Assembly (NCBI GenBank): GCA_030632085.1
Contig: DAOVJY010000006.1
Coordinates: 26,805-90,804, forward strand
Length of the DNA: 64,000 bases
Direction: 5' to 3'
Source of the DNA: Candidatus Omnitrophota bacterium
GTDB taxonomy: Bacteria; Omnitrophota; Gorgyraeia; JAGLLT01
Both the position numbers and the translations under genes were made by a program. Position 1 is the first letter of the stretch. Every line of letters begins with the position of its first letter. Of this stretch, positions 19,300-29,198 are shown in pieces. The notes beneath the pieces were generated by a model. The model was not told the origin of the DNA. It worked only from the letters and a program-made list of their open reading frames with translations, and ran no database searches.

Positions 19300-20780
19300 A
19301 TAAATCGAGTTTGTCGGATAAGGCTATTCTTTTAATCATAAGTAAAAGTATTACTGCCCTTGGACATTTAGTATTGGGAGTTGTCCTTGTTAGGCTTTTG
19401 AGTAAAAGTGACTATGGTACTTATCTACAGGTCATGCTAATATGCAGCACTATTTCTTTAATTGCCACTTTTGGGATTCCTCACAGCATCTATTATTTTT
19501 TACCTCAGTTCGATTTGAAAAAACAAAAGATTTTTTTACTTCAAACTTTATTTTCTCTCTTTACTATAGGGGTAATTGCAAGTATATTTTGTTTTTTATT
19601 GCGAGACCTTATCGGTCAATGGATGAGTAATCCCTCTTTGGCCAAGATCTCAATAATATTTAGCGGCTATCTTTTGTTTGTTATTCCAGATCAATTTTTG
19701 GAACCTATGCTGATATCACGCGACAAGGCAAAACTGGCCGCTGGAATTAATGCTATTTTTAGTATTGGTTTCATTATCTTTGCCCTATCACCTATAATTT
19801 TTGGGCTTGGATTGCCTGCTTTATTTTTAAGTATTTTGTTTTTTTATTTGTTGAAGTTTTTATTTTTGATTCTTTACACCTTGAAAACGTTGGGTGGTTT
19901 AAGGAAAGATATATATAATTTTGCAATTTTAAAGTCTCAAATACATTATTCGTTTCCATTGGGTATATCGAGTATGATGGGTATGCTGAGTAGTAGAATT
20001 GATCGGTTTATGATTTCCTTTTGGTTTCCGCCAGATTCTTTTGCAATTTTTGCCAGGGGCGCCTTTGAATTGCCTTTGGTTAGCATATTGCCTTATACTA
20101 TATCTAATATTTTAATGCCTAGATATGTAGAACTTTATAAAGAAAACAATCAAGAAGAATTGTTAAGGCTTTGGCACGAGTCAATTAGAAAAACAGCATT
20201 AATAATTTTACCTGTATTTGTTTTTACTTTTATTGTGTCTGAAAAGCTCATTACTTTGCTTTTTACTTCTGATTATTCAGGCAGCACCATAATTTTTAGA
20301 ACCTATCTTCTATTGCTTCCCCTGAGATTAACTGCTTACGGAGCAATCTTGAGAGCAATGGGAGATACGAAAAGTGTTTTGCGAGCATCTTTGCTGTTTT
20401 TGATAGCCAATATCGCGCTCAATATCGTTTTCTATAAAATATTTGGTTTTATTGGGCCTGCTATTGCCACTGTAGTTGCTATGAATTTAAACATTTTGTA
20501 TTACATTAGTAAAATCCAAAAAACTTTTAATCTTACTTTCTTTAAAGTACTCCCTTGGAATAAAATTTTAAAAATTGCAGTTGTTTCAGTAGTAGTAGGA
20601 GTTATTATCTACCCCCTTATATTTTTAAGTATCTCTAAAATTGCAATACTTTCCCTGTCATTTGTATTGTTTGGAACTTTTTATTTTTTGATAGCTTTTA
20701 AAATGAGGATATTTACTTCTTCGGATATAAACCTGATAAAGAAATGGTTAACTCTTGCGCCGCTGAGGTCAAAAACTTAG
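19296..20780 (+). CDS. Second MOP-superfamily polysaccharide export/flippase membrane protein
   Basis: 494 aa polytopic membrane protein resembling the polysaccharide biosynthesis protein family; start overlaps the wecB stop (ATGA). Confidence 0.6.
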   Translation: MNKSSLSDKAILLIISKSITALGHLVLGVVLVRLLSKSDYGTYLQVMLICSTISLIATFGIPHSIYYFLPQFDLKKQKIFLLQTLFSLFTIGVIASIFCFLLRDLIGQWMSNPSLAKISIIFSGYLLFVIPDQFLEPMLISRDKAKLAAGINAIFSIGFIIFALSPIIFGLGLPALFLSILFFYLLKFLFLILYTLKTLGGLRKDIYNFAILKSQIHYSFPLGISSMMGMLSSRIDRFMISFWFPPDSFAIFARGAFELPLVSILPYTISNILMPRYVELYKENNQEELLRLWHESIRKTALIILPVFVFTFIVSEKLITLLFTSDYSGSTIIFRTYLLLLPLRLTAYGAILRAMGDTKSVLRASLLFLIANIALNIVFYKIFGFIGPAIATVVAMNLNILYYISKIQKTFNLTFFKVLPWNKILKIAVVSVVVGVIIYPLIFLSISKIAILSLSFVLFGTFYFLIAFKMRIFTSSDINLIKKWLTLAPLRSKT

Positions 20781-20835
20781 TAAGATTTTTTACATAGTCT
20801 AATATTAATTATTAACTCTAGTAGAGGGTGAAGGG

Positions 20836-21546
20836 ATGCTCAAAATCATTAAAGCTCAAATCAAAAATATATTTAATTTTTACATTCGATGGCTTTGTAA
20901 GCGTGAGTTTAAACAACAATCCTGTCCTTGTTTTAATGAGCGATCTGTTGAATTTGCTTTTGTCTTCAGGCACCTTGAGCAGATTTATCCGCGTAAAGTT
21001 CTTGATGTAGGTACAGGAACTACAGCGTTACCACATTTAATGCGCAACTGTGGTTTTTTAGTAACAGCGATTGATAATGTTAAAGATTATTGGTCATCAA
21101 GTATGATTAATCGGCATTATTATGTTATTGACGATGATATCACAAGTTCTCGACTTCATGGAACGTTTGATTTTATAACATGTATAAGCGTCCTTGAGCA
21201 TATCGAAAAAAGCGATTTAGCCGTTCGAAATATGTTTAAACTTCTAAATCCACATGGTTATTTGATATTAACATTTCCGTATACTGAAAATAGCTATGTA
21301 AGAAACGTTTACGATTTACCAGGGTCGACTTATGGTCAGGATGCTGCATATATATGCCAATCATACTCTCGTAGAGAGCTAACTAAGTGGATTCAAGATA
21401 ATAATGGCAAAATCATTGATCAAGAATTCTGGAGATTCTGGGATGGAGATTACTGGACTGTTGGCAATAAGGGAATACCTCCTTGCAAAGTAACTGCTAA
21501 AGAAAAACACCAAATATCATGCATATTAATACAGAAAAAAGAATAG
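20836..21546 (+). CDS. Class I SAM-dependent methyltransferase
   Basis: Motif I VLDVGTGTT and acidic motif II. Confidence 0.6.
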   Translation: MLKIIKAQIKNIFNFYIRWLCKREFKQQSCPCFNERSVEFAFVFRHLEQIYPRKVLDVGTGTTALPHLMRNCGFLVTAIDNVKDYWSSSMINRHYYVIDDDITSSRLHGTFDFITCISVLEHIEKSDLAVRNMFKLLNPHGYLILTFPYTENSYVRNVYDLPGSTYGQDAAYICQSYSRRELTKWIQDNNGKIIDQEFWRFWDGDYWTVGNKGIPPCKVTAKEKHQISCILIQKKE

Positions 21547-21682
21547 AGTTAACTATAAATCTAATTTTTAAAATAAAGTATTGAAATGTGAACTTTATAG
21601 TGTAAAGATTTTAAGAAACTTTTACATGAGAAATATAAGTTATCAATCTTTTCAAAAAACAATAAAGATAATTAGGGGCCGT

Positions 21683-22864
21683 ATGTTAAAAAATGAAAAT
21701 ATTATATGTATTTCTACGATGAACTGGGACTTTTTGTGGACAAGGAAACAGCGGTTTATGGATATGTTAGCCATGGAAGGAAATAAGATATTGTATGTTG
21801 AGCCAACCGTTTCTCTTGCAGCTATGATTAGAAGGGCAGATAAGCCTCTCAAGGCGAATTTCTTACCTATGTTGCGCAAGGTCAGAGATAATTTGTATAT
21901 TTTAACACCTTCTTTGATGATTCCCTTAAGGGGGAAATTTGAATTTATTAAAAATATTAATCAAATAATTTTTATTTGGCAGGTTAGATGGGCTAAAAAA
22001 AAATTAAACTTTCAAAATCCCATTTTATGGACTTATGTTCCTGTGTATCATAGAATGCGAAGAAAGTTTAATGAGAAATTATTTATTTATGATTGTGTTG
22101 ATGAGCACTCGGCGTATCCAGGCGTAAATAAAAAACTTATACAAAAAGCAGAAATAGAATTGATTAAAAATGCAGACTTAGTCTTTATGACCGCTAAAGG
22201 TTTATATGAAAATAAGAAAAATTTAAATAAAAATATGTTTGTTATTCCTAATGGCGTTGATGTAGATAATTTTAAACGGGCACTAAACGATGATACTGTT
22301 ATTCCTGAAGAGATTTTAAATCTTCCAAAACCAATTATAGGCTATGTTGGAGGGATTTCTGACTGGATTGATTTGGATTTGATATATTATGTAGCAAAAT
22401 CAAATCCAAATTGGTCTCTTGTTTTAGTTGGCCCGGTTGACGATAAAGTAAACTTAAACTATTTTAAAAATGAAAATAAAAGTGTACAGAATATTTATTT
22501 TTTAGGACGTAAGACTGCAAATGAGTTACCTAATTATTTAAAAGGGTTTGATGTTTGCATAAATCCTTTCAAAATCAATGAACTAAGCAAAACCGTTAAC
22601 CCGTTGAAAGTCTATGAATATTTGGCGGCTGGCAAACCTATTGTTTCAGTTGATATGCCGGAAGTAAGAATTCTTGCAGATGTAATAAAAATTGCTCAAA
22701 ACAGAGAGGAATTTATAGCTTTTATAGAGGAATCGCTTGATAGAAATGATAGAGAACAAATTCTGAAGAGAATTCAAAAAGCAAAAAATTATTCTTGGAA
22801 TAGTTTATTTAATGAAGTTATAGGTTATATAGAAAAGGCGTTTTCAAATGAGAAAGTTGGATAA
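21683..22864 (+). CDS. GT-B glycosyltransferase (GT4-like)
   Basis: C-terminal EX7E-type region (VNPLKVYEYLAAGKPIV). Start chosen at the internal ATG (MLKNENIICIST); the ORF could extend to 21581. Confidence 0.6.
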   Translation: MLKNENIICISTMNWDFLWTRKQRFMDMLAMEGNKILYVEPTVSLAAMIRRADKPLKANFLPMLRKVRDNLYILTPSLMIPLRGKFEFIKNINQIIFIWQVRWAKKKLNFQNPILWTYVPVYHRMRRKFNEKLFIYDCVDEHSAYPGVNKKLIQKAEIELIKNADLVFMTAKGLYENKKNLNKNMFVIPNGVDVDNFKRALNDDTVIPEEILNLPKPIIGYVGGISDWIDLDLIYYVAKSNPNWSLVLVGPVDDKVNLNYFKNENKSVQNIYFLGRKTANELPNYLKGFDVCINPFKINELSKTVNPLKVYEYLAAGKPIVSVDMPEVRILADVIKIAQNREEFIAFIEESLDRNDREQILKRIQKAKNYSWNSLFNEVIGYIEKAFSNEKVG

Positions 22865-24245
22865 GCCCTATTGGGAAGAAGAAAAACCGCTAATTGAATT
22901 TCCAACCTTGGTTTTATGGGCAATTGCATTCTTTTCTCTTTCTTTAGGTTTTATGCTTTTAATATTTCCATGGTATATTGGCTTAGGATTTTTTATTGTT
23001 TTGTGCCTGACAATAGGAGTATTTTTAAATCCATATGTTGGAGTGCTAATATTTTTAGTGGGTTCTCTCTTGCACCCTACGCAGTTTATTGGTGAAGCTG
23101 TAGCTGGTTTTCATTTAGCTAGAAATCTAGCATTTTTAATGTTGTTAACGTGGCTGTTTCACATTATTATTTATCGAGATTTTAAAATAGTGAAAGCTCC
23201 CCAGAATTTTTTTGTTTTTGGATTGGGAATAATGATGTTTATTTCAACCTTTAGATATTTCGATTATAGTTCGCCTCACTTTTTAGAATTATTGAAGCTA
23301 TTAATTTTGTACTTTATGGTTGTAAATTTAGTTAAGTCAGAAAAGCAATTACATGTAATTATTTGGTTTTTGATAGGACTTGCTTTGTTTGCAACATTTG
23401 TTGGGATTTACCAATATACGCATAATATTGGAATGTATTCTGCCGAAGATGGAATTTTAAGAATTACAGGAACGGCACTCGATCCCAATGATTTCGCTAT
23501 GCACTTGGTCATACTTATTCCCTTAACCTTTGCTCTCTTTTTGAGTTATAAAAGTATATTTATTAAAATTATTTTAGCCTTTTTGTTTATATTATCTATT
23601 TTAAATATAATTTTTACCTTTTCCAGAGGAGGGTTTGTTGGTTTAGCAGTAGTGTTGGGACTTTCAACTTTAGTGATGATTGTCCAGAAAAAAATTAAAA
23701 TAGCGTTTATAATTTTTGGTTTGATTGTGGCTTTAGTTATTTCTCTATTTGTCTCTCAGGAATATTGGCAAAGAATAGGAAGCATAGTGAATGTAAGGGA
23801 GGCTTCTATTGCCGCAAGACTTGAATCTTGGAAGGCCGGGTTAAAAATGATGAAAGATCATCCTTTTAAGGGAGTCGGGTTAGGGGTATTTCAATATGAA
23901 TATTCTTCCATTAGTCAAACTGATCCTGGCTATAAAGTAAAAGTTCCTAAATACGCTCATAATTCTTACATTCAAGTTGGTGCCGAAACAGGAATTTTAG
24001 GACTTTTATTTTTCCTCGGTTTAATTTATTTTACCTTTAGAGACCTTTTTATTGCTAGTAAATTTTTTAAAGAACAGCAGAGGATTAATTTTTTCAATTT
24101 AAGTCAGTTTTTAATAATTAGCTTAGCTGGCTATGTAGTTTGCGGGATGTTTTTAACACAGGCTTTTTTAACTATGTTCTGGATAATTTCACCATTGGCA
24201 ATAGTATTGAAAAAATTTACAGAACCAACAGGAAGAGTATTGTGA
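22848..24245 (+). CDS. O-antigen ligase / Wzy-type polymerase family membrane protein
   Basis: ~11 TM; periplasmic loop with the Wzy_C-like motif (HNSYIQVGAETGILGLLFF). Confidence 0.7.
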   Translation: MRKLDKPYWEEEKPLIEFPTLVLWAIAFFSLSLGFMLLIFPWYIGLGFFIVLCLTIGVFLNPYVGVLIFLVGSLLHPTQFIGEAVAGFHLARNLAFLMLLTWLFHIIIYRDFKIVKAPQNFFVFGLGIMMFISTFRYFDYSSPHFLELLKLLILYFMVVNLVKSEKQLHVIIWFLIGLALFATFVGIYQYTHNIGMYSAEDGILRITGTALDPNDFAMHLVILIPLTFALFLSYKSIFIKIILAFLFILSILNIIFTFSRGGFVGLAVVLGLSTLVMIVQKKIKIAFIIFGLIVALVISLFVSQEYWQRIGSIVNVREASIAARLESWKAGLKMMKDHPFKGVGLGVFQYEYSSISQTDPGYKVKVPKYAHNSYIQVGAETGILGLLFFLGLIYFTFRDLFIASKFFKEQQRINFFNLSQFLIISLAGYVVCGMFLTQAFLTMFWIISPLAIVLKKFTEPTGRVL

Positions 24246-25408
24246 AAAAAATAACTATACTTCATTTAATATATAGTTGGAAAACGGGAATTTATGGAGC
24301 TGAAAGAATTGTTCTGAAGTTAGTTTCTAATTTATCTAAATCAAAGTTTAATTGCGTTGTAGTAACTATCAAACATTCCAAGAAAGACAAAATCCCGCTT
24401 TTAAAAGAATTGAATAAAAATGGAATAGTTACTGATTCCTTAATTTTGAAAGGTCGCTTTGATATAACCAGCGTTGTTAGATGTAAAAACTTATTAAAAA
24501 AGTATAAGGCAGAAATTTTGCATTGTCATGGTTATAAAGCCGATATTATAGGATTGTTTACAGGCATTCTTTTGCCTAAAATCAAATTGGTTGCTACCTT
24601 ACATGGGTGGTGGGCAAGAGAGAGTTTTAAATTAAAATTTTATGAATTTCTAGATTTATTTGCAGTTAAGCGATTTGATAGAATAATAGTAGTTTCCAAA
24701 GCTATCCAAGCCACACTTTTATCAAAGAGATTTTTTAAAGGAAAGCTCGAATTGATTCATAATGGTGTTGAAATAAGCCGTTTTATCGATGAAAAAAATA
24801 GTGAATCTTTAAAAGCAAGATTAAAAATAAATAAAGAAGATAAAGTTATTGGTTTAGTCGGGCGCTTAGGTAAAGAGAAAGGACACATTTATCTTTTGGA
24901 AGCGATGCCAGATATAATTGAGCAATTTCCAAAAGTTAAAGTTATTATTTTAGGCGAAGGCATATTAGAAAATGAGTTGAAAACTTATGCGAAAAAATTA
25001 AAAATTAGTGACAAACTTATGTTTTTAGGTTTCAAAAAAGATATGGTGCGCTTTTATGCATTGATGGATGTTTTTGTCCTACCCTCTTTGAGCGAGGGAT
25101 TACCTGTAGCCCTACTTGAAGCTATGGTTGCCAGAAAGGCAATTGTTGCTACGAATGTTGGCGGTATACCTTCTGTAATAAAAAATATGGAAACCGGCAT
25201 TTTGATAGAACCAAAAAACTCTAATTTGTTAGTAAAGGCAATAAGTAAGGTATTAAATAATAAAAATCTTGCTTTTCAATTAGCAGTTAATGCAAGAAGG
25301 ATAGCGGAGTGTACTTTTTCGATAGATGCTATGATAAAAAAATATGAAAAAGTATATTGTGATATGTTAAGTGCTAATAAAAAACAAAAAAATAAACAAA
25401 GAATTTAA
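24242..25408 (+). CDS. Glycosyltransferase family 4 (GT-B)
   Basis: Classical GT4 C-terminal domain (EGLPVALLEAMVARKAIVATNVGG). Start set to the GTG at 24242 overlapping the upstream stop; the ORF-track start at 24140 lies inside the previous gene. Confidence 0.75.
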   Translation: MKKITILHLIYSWKTGIYGAERIVLKLVSNLSKSKFNCVVVTIKHSKKDKIPLLKELNKNGIVTDSLILKGRFDITSVVRCKNLLKKYKAEILHCHGYKADIIGLFTGILLPKIKLVATLHGWWARESFKLKFYEFLDLFAVKRFDRIIVVSKAIQATLLSKRFFKGKLELIHNGVEISRFIDEKNSESLKARLKINKEDKVIGLVGRLGKEKGHIYLLEAMPDIIEQFPKVKVIILGEGILENELKTYAKKLKISDKLMFLGFKKDMVRFYALMDVFVLPSLSEGLPVALLEAMVARKAIVATNVGGIPSVIKNMETGILIEPKNSNLLVKAISKVLNNKNLAFQLAVNARRIAECTFSIDAMIKKYEKVYCDMLSANKKQKNKQRI

Positions 25409-25409
25409 A

Positions 25410-26234
25410 ATGTATAAACTTAAAAATTCTATTCAGTATATTAATAGCTTTTTCGTTTTGTTTTTCGCTAGTAGAGGAATATATAAATTAAAATTTATTT
25501 TTTATTTATTATTGAAATTCTTAAATAACTTTAAATTTGTTAAACTTAATAATAAAGATGTCAAAATTGTTTTTAAAGATGTTTTTTGTTGGTTTGGCTT
25601 GTTTTCTGGAGAATTAGGTTCGTATGTTGAAATATTTATTGATGAAGTTTATGAATTAATCCCCACGTTTAAGGCTAAGAAAGGAGATACGGTTGTTGAT
25701 GTCGGTGGAAATATCGGCTTTTATGCGATAAAGCAATCGGTACAAATAGGTCGCGAAGGCCGGATGTGGGTTTTTGAGCCCAATGTAGATGTTTTTCAGC
25801 GGTTAGTTAAAAACTTAAAAGAGAATAAGATAACTAATGCTATTCCACTTCAAAAGGCAATAAGTTCGAAAAGCGGCACAGATAACTTTAAGGTGACATC
25901 TAATGCTACACAAGAAGGGTCTTTATGCTATGATAAAAAGATGCTTAAGTCCACAGATAATATAATAGAGGTTGATTGTATAACTTTGGATGATTTTGTT
26001 TCTCTAAATAATATTTTTAAAATTAATATACTTAAAATAGATGCAGAAGGGAGTGAATTTGAAATTTTAAAAGGGGGGCTTAAAAAAGCGTTACCTATAA
26101 CACAAAAAATCGTAATGGAATTTCATGGAAACAATATTAAGAATAAAATAATTCAACTTCTTGAAAAAATCAACTTTATATCTATTTTTGAAGATAAGAA
26201 AAACCGCATAATTTATTTTAAAAATAATGGATAA
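25410..26234 (+). CDS. FkbM-family methyltransferase
   Basis: VDVGGNIGFYAI motif; start at the ATG after the upstream stop (MYKLKNSIQ). Confidence 0.7.
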   Translation: MYKLKNSIQYINSFFVLFFASRGIYKLKFIFYLLLKFLNNFKFVKLNNKDVKIVFKDVFCWFGLFSGELGSYVEIFIDEVYELIPTFKAKKGDTVVDVGGNIGFYAIKQSVQIGREGRMWVFEPNVDVFQRLVKNLKENKITNAIPLQKAISSKSGTDNFKVTSNATQEGSLCYDKKMLKSTDNIIEVDCITLDDFVSLNNIFKINILKIDAEGSEFEILKGGLKKALPITQKIVMEFHGNNIKNKIIQLLEKINFISIFEDKKNRIIYFKNNG

Positions 26235-27351
26235 AATTCTAGGAAACAAGGTAAAAAAGATATTAATAATTTCAATGCAAGGAATAGGAGATCTATTGCT
26301 TGCGACACCAGCTCTATCTCTATTGAGAAAAAATTTCCCCAAGGCAAATATTGCTATTCTGTCTTTAAAACGAACTAAATGCGTTATCTTGGGTAATTCA
26401 AATGTTGATAAAATTTTCACTTACGACCATGATGCATCAACTAGATTATTTGAAGTTTTTTGGCTTATTTTTAAACTTAGAAAAGAAAAATTCGATTTAT
26501 CAATATGTCTATATCCCAGTGGGTTACGTTCGGCTTTTGTTGGTTTTCTATCAGGCGCTCGCATACGTGTTGGTCAAAAGTTAATATTTTTTAAGAAATT
26601 CCCCTTTTTATTTACGATTAAAGTAAATGTATCACAAGTTAAACATGCTATTGATATGAATTTGGATCTTTTAAAAGCTTTAAAGTTAAATGTTGAGGAT
26701 GAACCAAAAACACTTTTTATGCCTATATCGAATAGCGATGAAAAATCTGTATCAGAATTTAAGGAAAAAAATAATATTAAGAACAAAGATTTATTGATAG
26801 CTATTCACCCTGGGGTTAGTGAGGGAGGAATGCATAGATGTTGGCCAAAGCAAAATTTTATTGAATTAATAAATAAATTAGCAGGAATGTTCAACGCAAA
26901 AATTCTATTGATAGGCGGCCCTTCGGAGGTGAATCTTATTGAGGAGATATATAATTTGGCAAAAGAAAAACCTATTAAGGTTATAAACCTTTCGCTTAAT
27001 GCTGTAGCCGCTTTATTAAAGGATAGTTCTTTATTCATAGGTAATAATTCAGGACCTATGCATATTGCGTCAAGCGTTAAAACTCCTACGGTAGCAATTT
27101 TTGGAGATACAGATCCTCGTATCCATGCTCCTTACGGCAACAGAAATATAGTCGTGCGGAAAAAATTATTTTGTAGCCCCTGCCATTATCCTTTTCTTCA
27201 TGGAACGATAAGCTGTGCAAAAAAAGGTAGAGGATTTGTAAAAGGAAGGTTTGTATGTGCTACAAATGATTTTAAGTGTATGAAAGAAATAACTGTTTCT
27301 GATGTTTTGCTTGCTGTAGAAGCATTACTTCACAATATAAAAAAGGTTTAA
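26227..27351 (+). CDS. Glycosyltransferase family 9 (heptosyltransferase-like)
   Basis: GT9 pattern, including the GNNSGPMHIA motif. Confidence 0.75.
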   Translation: MDKILGNKVKKILIISMQGIGDLLLATPALSLLRKNFPKANIAILSLKRTKCVILGNSNVDKIFTYDHDASTRLFEVFWLIFKLRKEKFDLSICLYPSGLRSAFVGFLSGARIRVGQKLIFFKKFPFLFTIKVNVSQVKHAIDMNLDLLKALKLNVEDEPKTLFMPISNSDEKSVSEFKEKNNIKNKDLLIAIHPGVSEGGMHRCWPKQNFIELINKLAGMFNAKILLIGGPSEVNLIEEIYNLAKEKPIKVINLSLNAVAALLKDSSLFIGNNSGPMHIASSVKTPTVAIFGDTDPRIHAPYGNRNIVVRKKLFCSPCHYPFLHGTISCAKKGRGFVKGRFVCATNDFKCMKEITVSDVLLAVEALLHNIKKV

Positions 27352-27359
27352 TCATTTAC

Positions 27360-29171
27360 GTGGGAAATAAAATACTCAAAAATTTCATATTATTTATAGT
27401 GATTATTCTAGCATCACCTTATGCGGAAGCTAAAGTTGTGCTTACTCCAAAAGGAGAAATTAATATCCCTCCTAATTTTATAGAAATTAAGCACATAGAA
27501 AATACTGAACTTCCAGAGACAACATATGAAGATCAAAAAAGAGGGTATATTATTTTCAGTAGAGAAAATTTAGAAGGTGTCTATCCTAATTCAATTCCAG
27601 CCAGTAAAGAAATTACAAACACTTTGAAAGTATTCGGAACACCTGGAGAATATGTTCCCATTTCTTTTTCAATATACACCTTAAGAAACTTATCAAATCT
27701 TACCACGGTCGTTAATAGTTTGATTGATGATAAGGGCTGTGTAATACCTAGAAAAAATATTACTATTAATTCGGTTTTGTGCTGGGAGCAGAGGATAGGA
27801 GCATCTGCTGGAAAGACATATGGAATAATTCCCGAGTTACTTATCAAGGAGCCGTTAAGTATAAAAAAAGGTGTTTCTAGTCAATTTTGGATAACAATAA
27901 AAATTCCTAAAAATATTTCCCCTGGTATTTACAGAGGGAATATCTCTCTTATTTCAAATATCGCTAAGTCAGCTAAGATAAAGATAGAGCTGAAAGTATT
28001 ACCTTTTAATTTATTGAAGCCACCAGATATGTTTTGGGGCGTTTTTAGTGAGTTTTCAATTGATACCCAACAATTAAAAGATTTATCCGAACACGGCATA
28101 GATACAATTTGTGGTGGATATGTTTGGGCTCATGCCCCCCCGAGGCCGATTTTTTTTATGCAGTCTAAGGAAAAAAGTGATGTGTTAGATATCGATTCTC
28201 TTAGGGTTGGGGCACGAAATGGTTTTCAGGCTTTTAAACAAGCAGGTATGAAAGGTCAATATGTTATTGCATTGGGATGGGTAGCAATTAATATAGCAAG
28301 GAGGTTAGAGATACCACATTTAGACAATGAGCCAATGTTTCCCAAAAATTATACACCGCAACTTAAACGAATATATAAAGATTTCCTTAAAGTTCTTCGG
28401 GATGAGTCTGAAAAGGCAAATGTTGATGCAAGTTTTTGGTCTATTGATGAACCTGGTACCCATCCTCATCTTCGAAAAGTTGCATTAACCGAATATTCAA
28501 TATTAAAAGAATGTAATGTAAAGACATTTCTTACCTGTGATATAGAGTTTACAAGAACAATTTCCCCATTAATAGATGTTCGTTGCTATACGTCAGAGTT
28601 CCTGTTTCGCAATAAAAAGACATACAACTTATTAAAAGGTGAAACTAAAGAAGCTGGCGCTGAGCTTTGGGTATATACAAATCCACATTCTTTTTATGAA
28701 GCCAGATATTTTACAGGGTTATTGCGCTGGAAAGCAAAATTCAAAACTTTATTAATTTATGCCTATAATACACCAAGGGGTGATCCTTATAATGATTTTG
28801 ATTCTTCCGAAAGAGATCATTATTTAGTTTATCCACCACTTGATAATGGTTCTCCAATACCTACTTTACGATGGGAAGGGATAAGGCAGGGTATATATGA
28901 TGCCAGGTATATTTTTACATTGATGGAGTATATTAACTTTTGCAAAATTAGCGAATATAGAGATTTAGCAGAGAAGGCTAGAAAATCAAGAGAAAAACTT
29001 GATAAAATAATGGAAAATGTAAACTTTTCAACAAAGTTCCCAAAATCTAATTTTGATTATAAGAATTTTTCAATCTATAGAAGAGAAATTGCTCAGGAAA
29101 TTATCAAATTAAGAAACTTAATTATCGAAAAAGGTCTAAGTTGTGATTTTGTAGAAATAACCATGAAATAA
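27360..29171 (+). CDS. Secreted hypothetical protein (603 aa) inside the EPS locus; could be a polysaccharide-modifying hydrolase
   Basis: GTG start, clear signal peptide (ILASPYAEAK), no confidently recognisable catalytic motif; contains adjacent C7 and T8 homopolymer tracts at 28135-28157. Confidence 0.45.
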   Translation: MGNKILKNFILFIVIILASPYAEAKVVLTPKGEINIPPNFIEIKHIENTELPETTYEDQKRGYIIFSRENLEGVYPNSIPASKEITNTLKVFGTPGEYVPISFSIYTLRNLSNLTTVVNSLIDDKGCVIPRKNITINSVLCWEQRIGASAGKTYGIIPELLIKEPLSIKKGVSSQFWITIKIPKNISPGIYRGNISLISNIAKSAKIKIELKVLPFNLLKPPDMFWGVFSEFSIDTQQLKDLSEHGIDTICGGYVWAHAPPRPIFFMQSKEKSDVLDIDSLRVGARNGFQAFKQAGMKGQYVIALGWVAINIARRLEIPHLDNEPMFPKNYTPQLKRIYKDFLKVLRDESEKANVDASFWSIDEPGTHPHLRKVALTEYSILKECNVKTFLTCDIEFTRTISPLIDVRCYTSEFLFRNKKTYNLLKGETKEAGAELWVYTNPHSFYEARYFTGLLRWKAKFKTLLIYAYNTPRGDPYNDFDSSERDHYLVYPPLDNGSPIPTLRWEGIRQGIYDARYIFTLMEYINFCKISEYRDLAEKARKSREKLDKIMENVNFSTKFPKSNFDYKNFSIYRREIAQEIIKLRNLIIEKGLSCDFVEITMK

Positions 29172-29198
29172 CAAAAAACGATTTTAAAATTATTATTT

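Noticed and set aside
19442-19630. Small plus-strand ORFs inside larger genes (19442-19630, 20828-21010, 26402-26584)
   Set aside because: Alternative-frame ORFs nested within flippase/methyltransferase/GT9 genes; no independent support.
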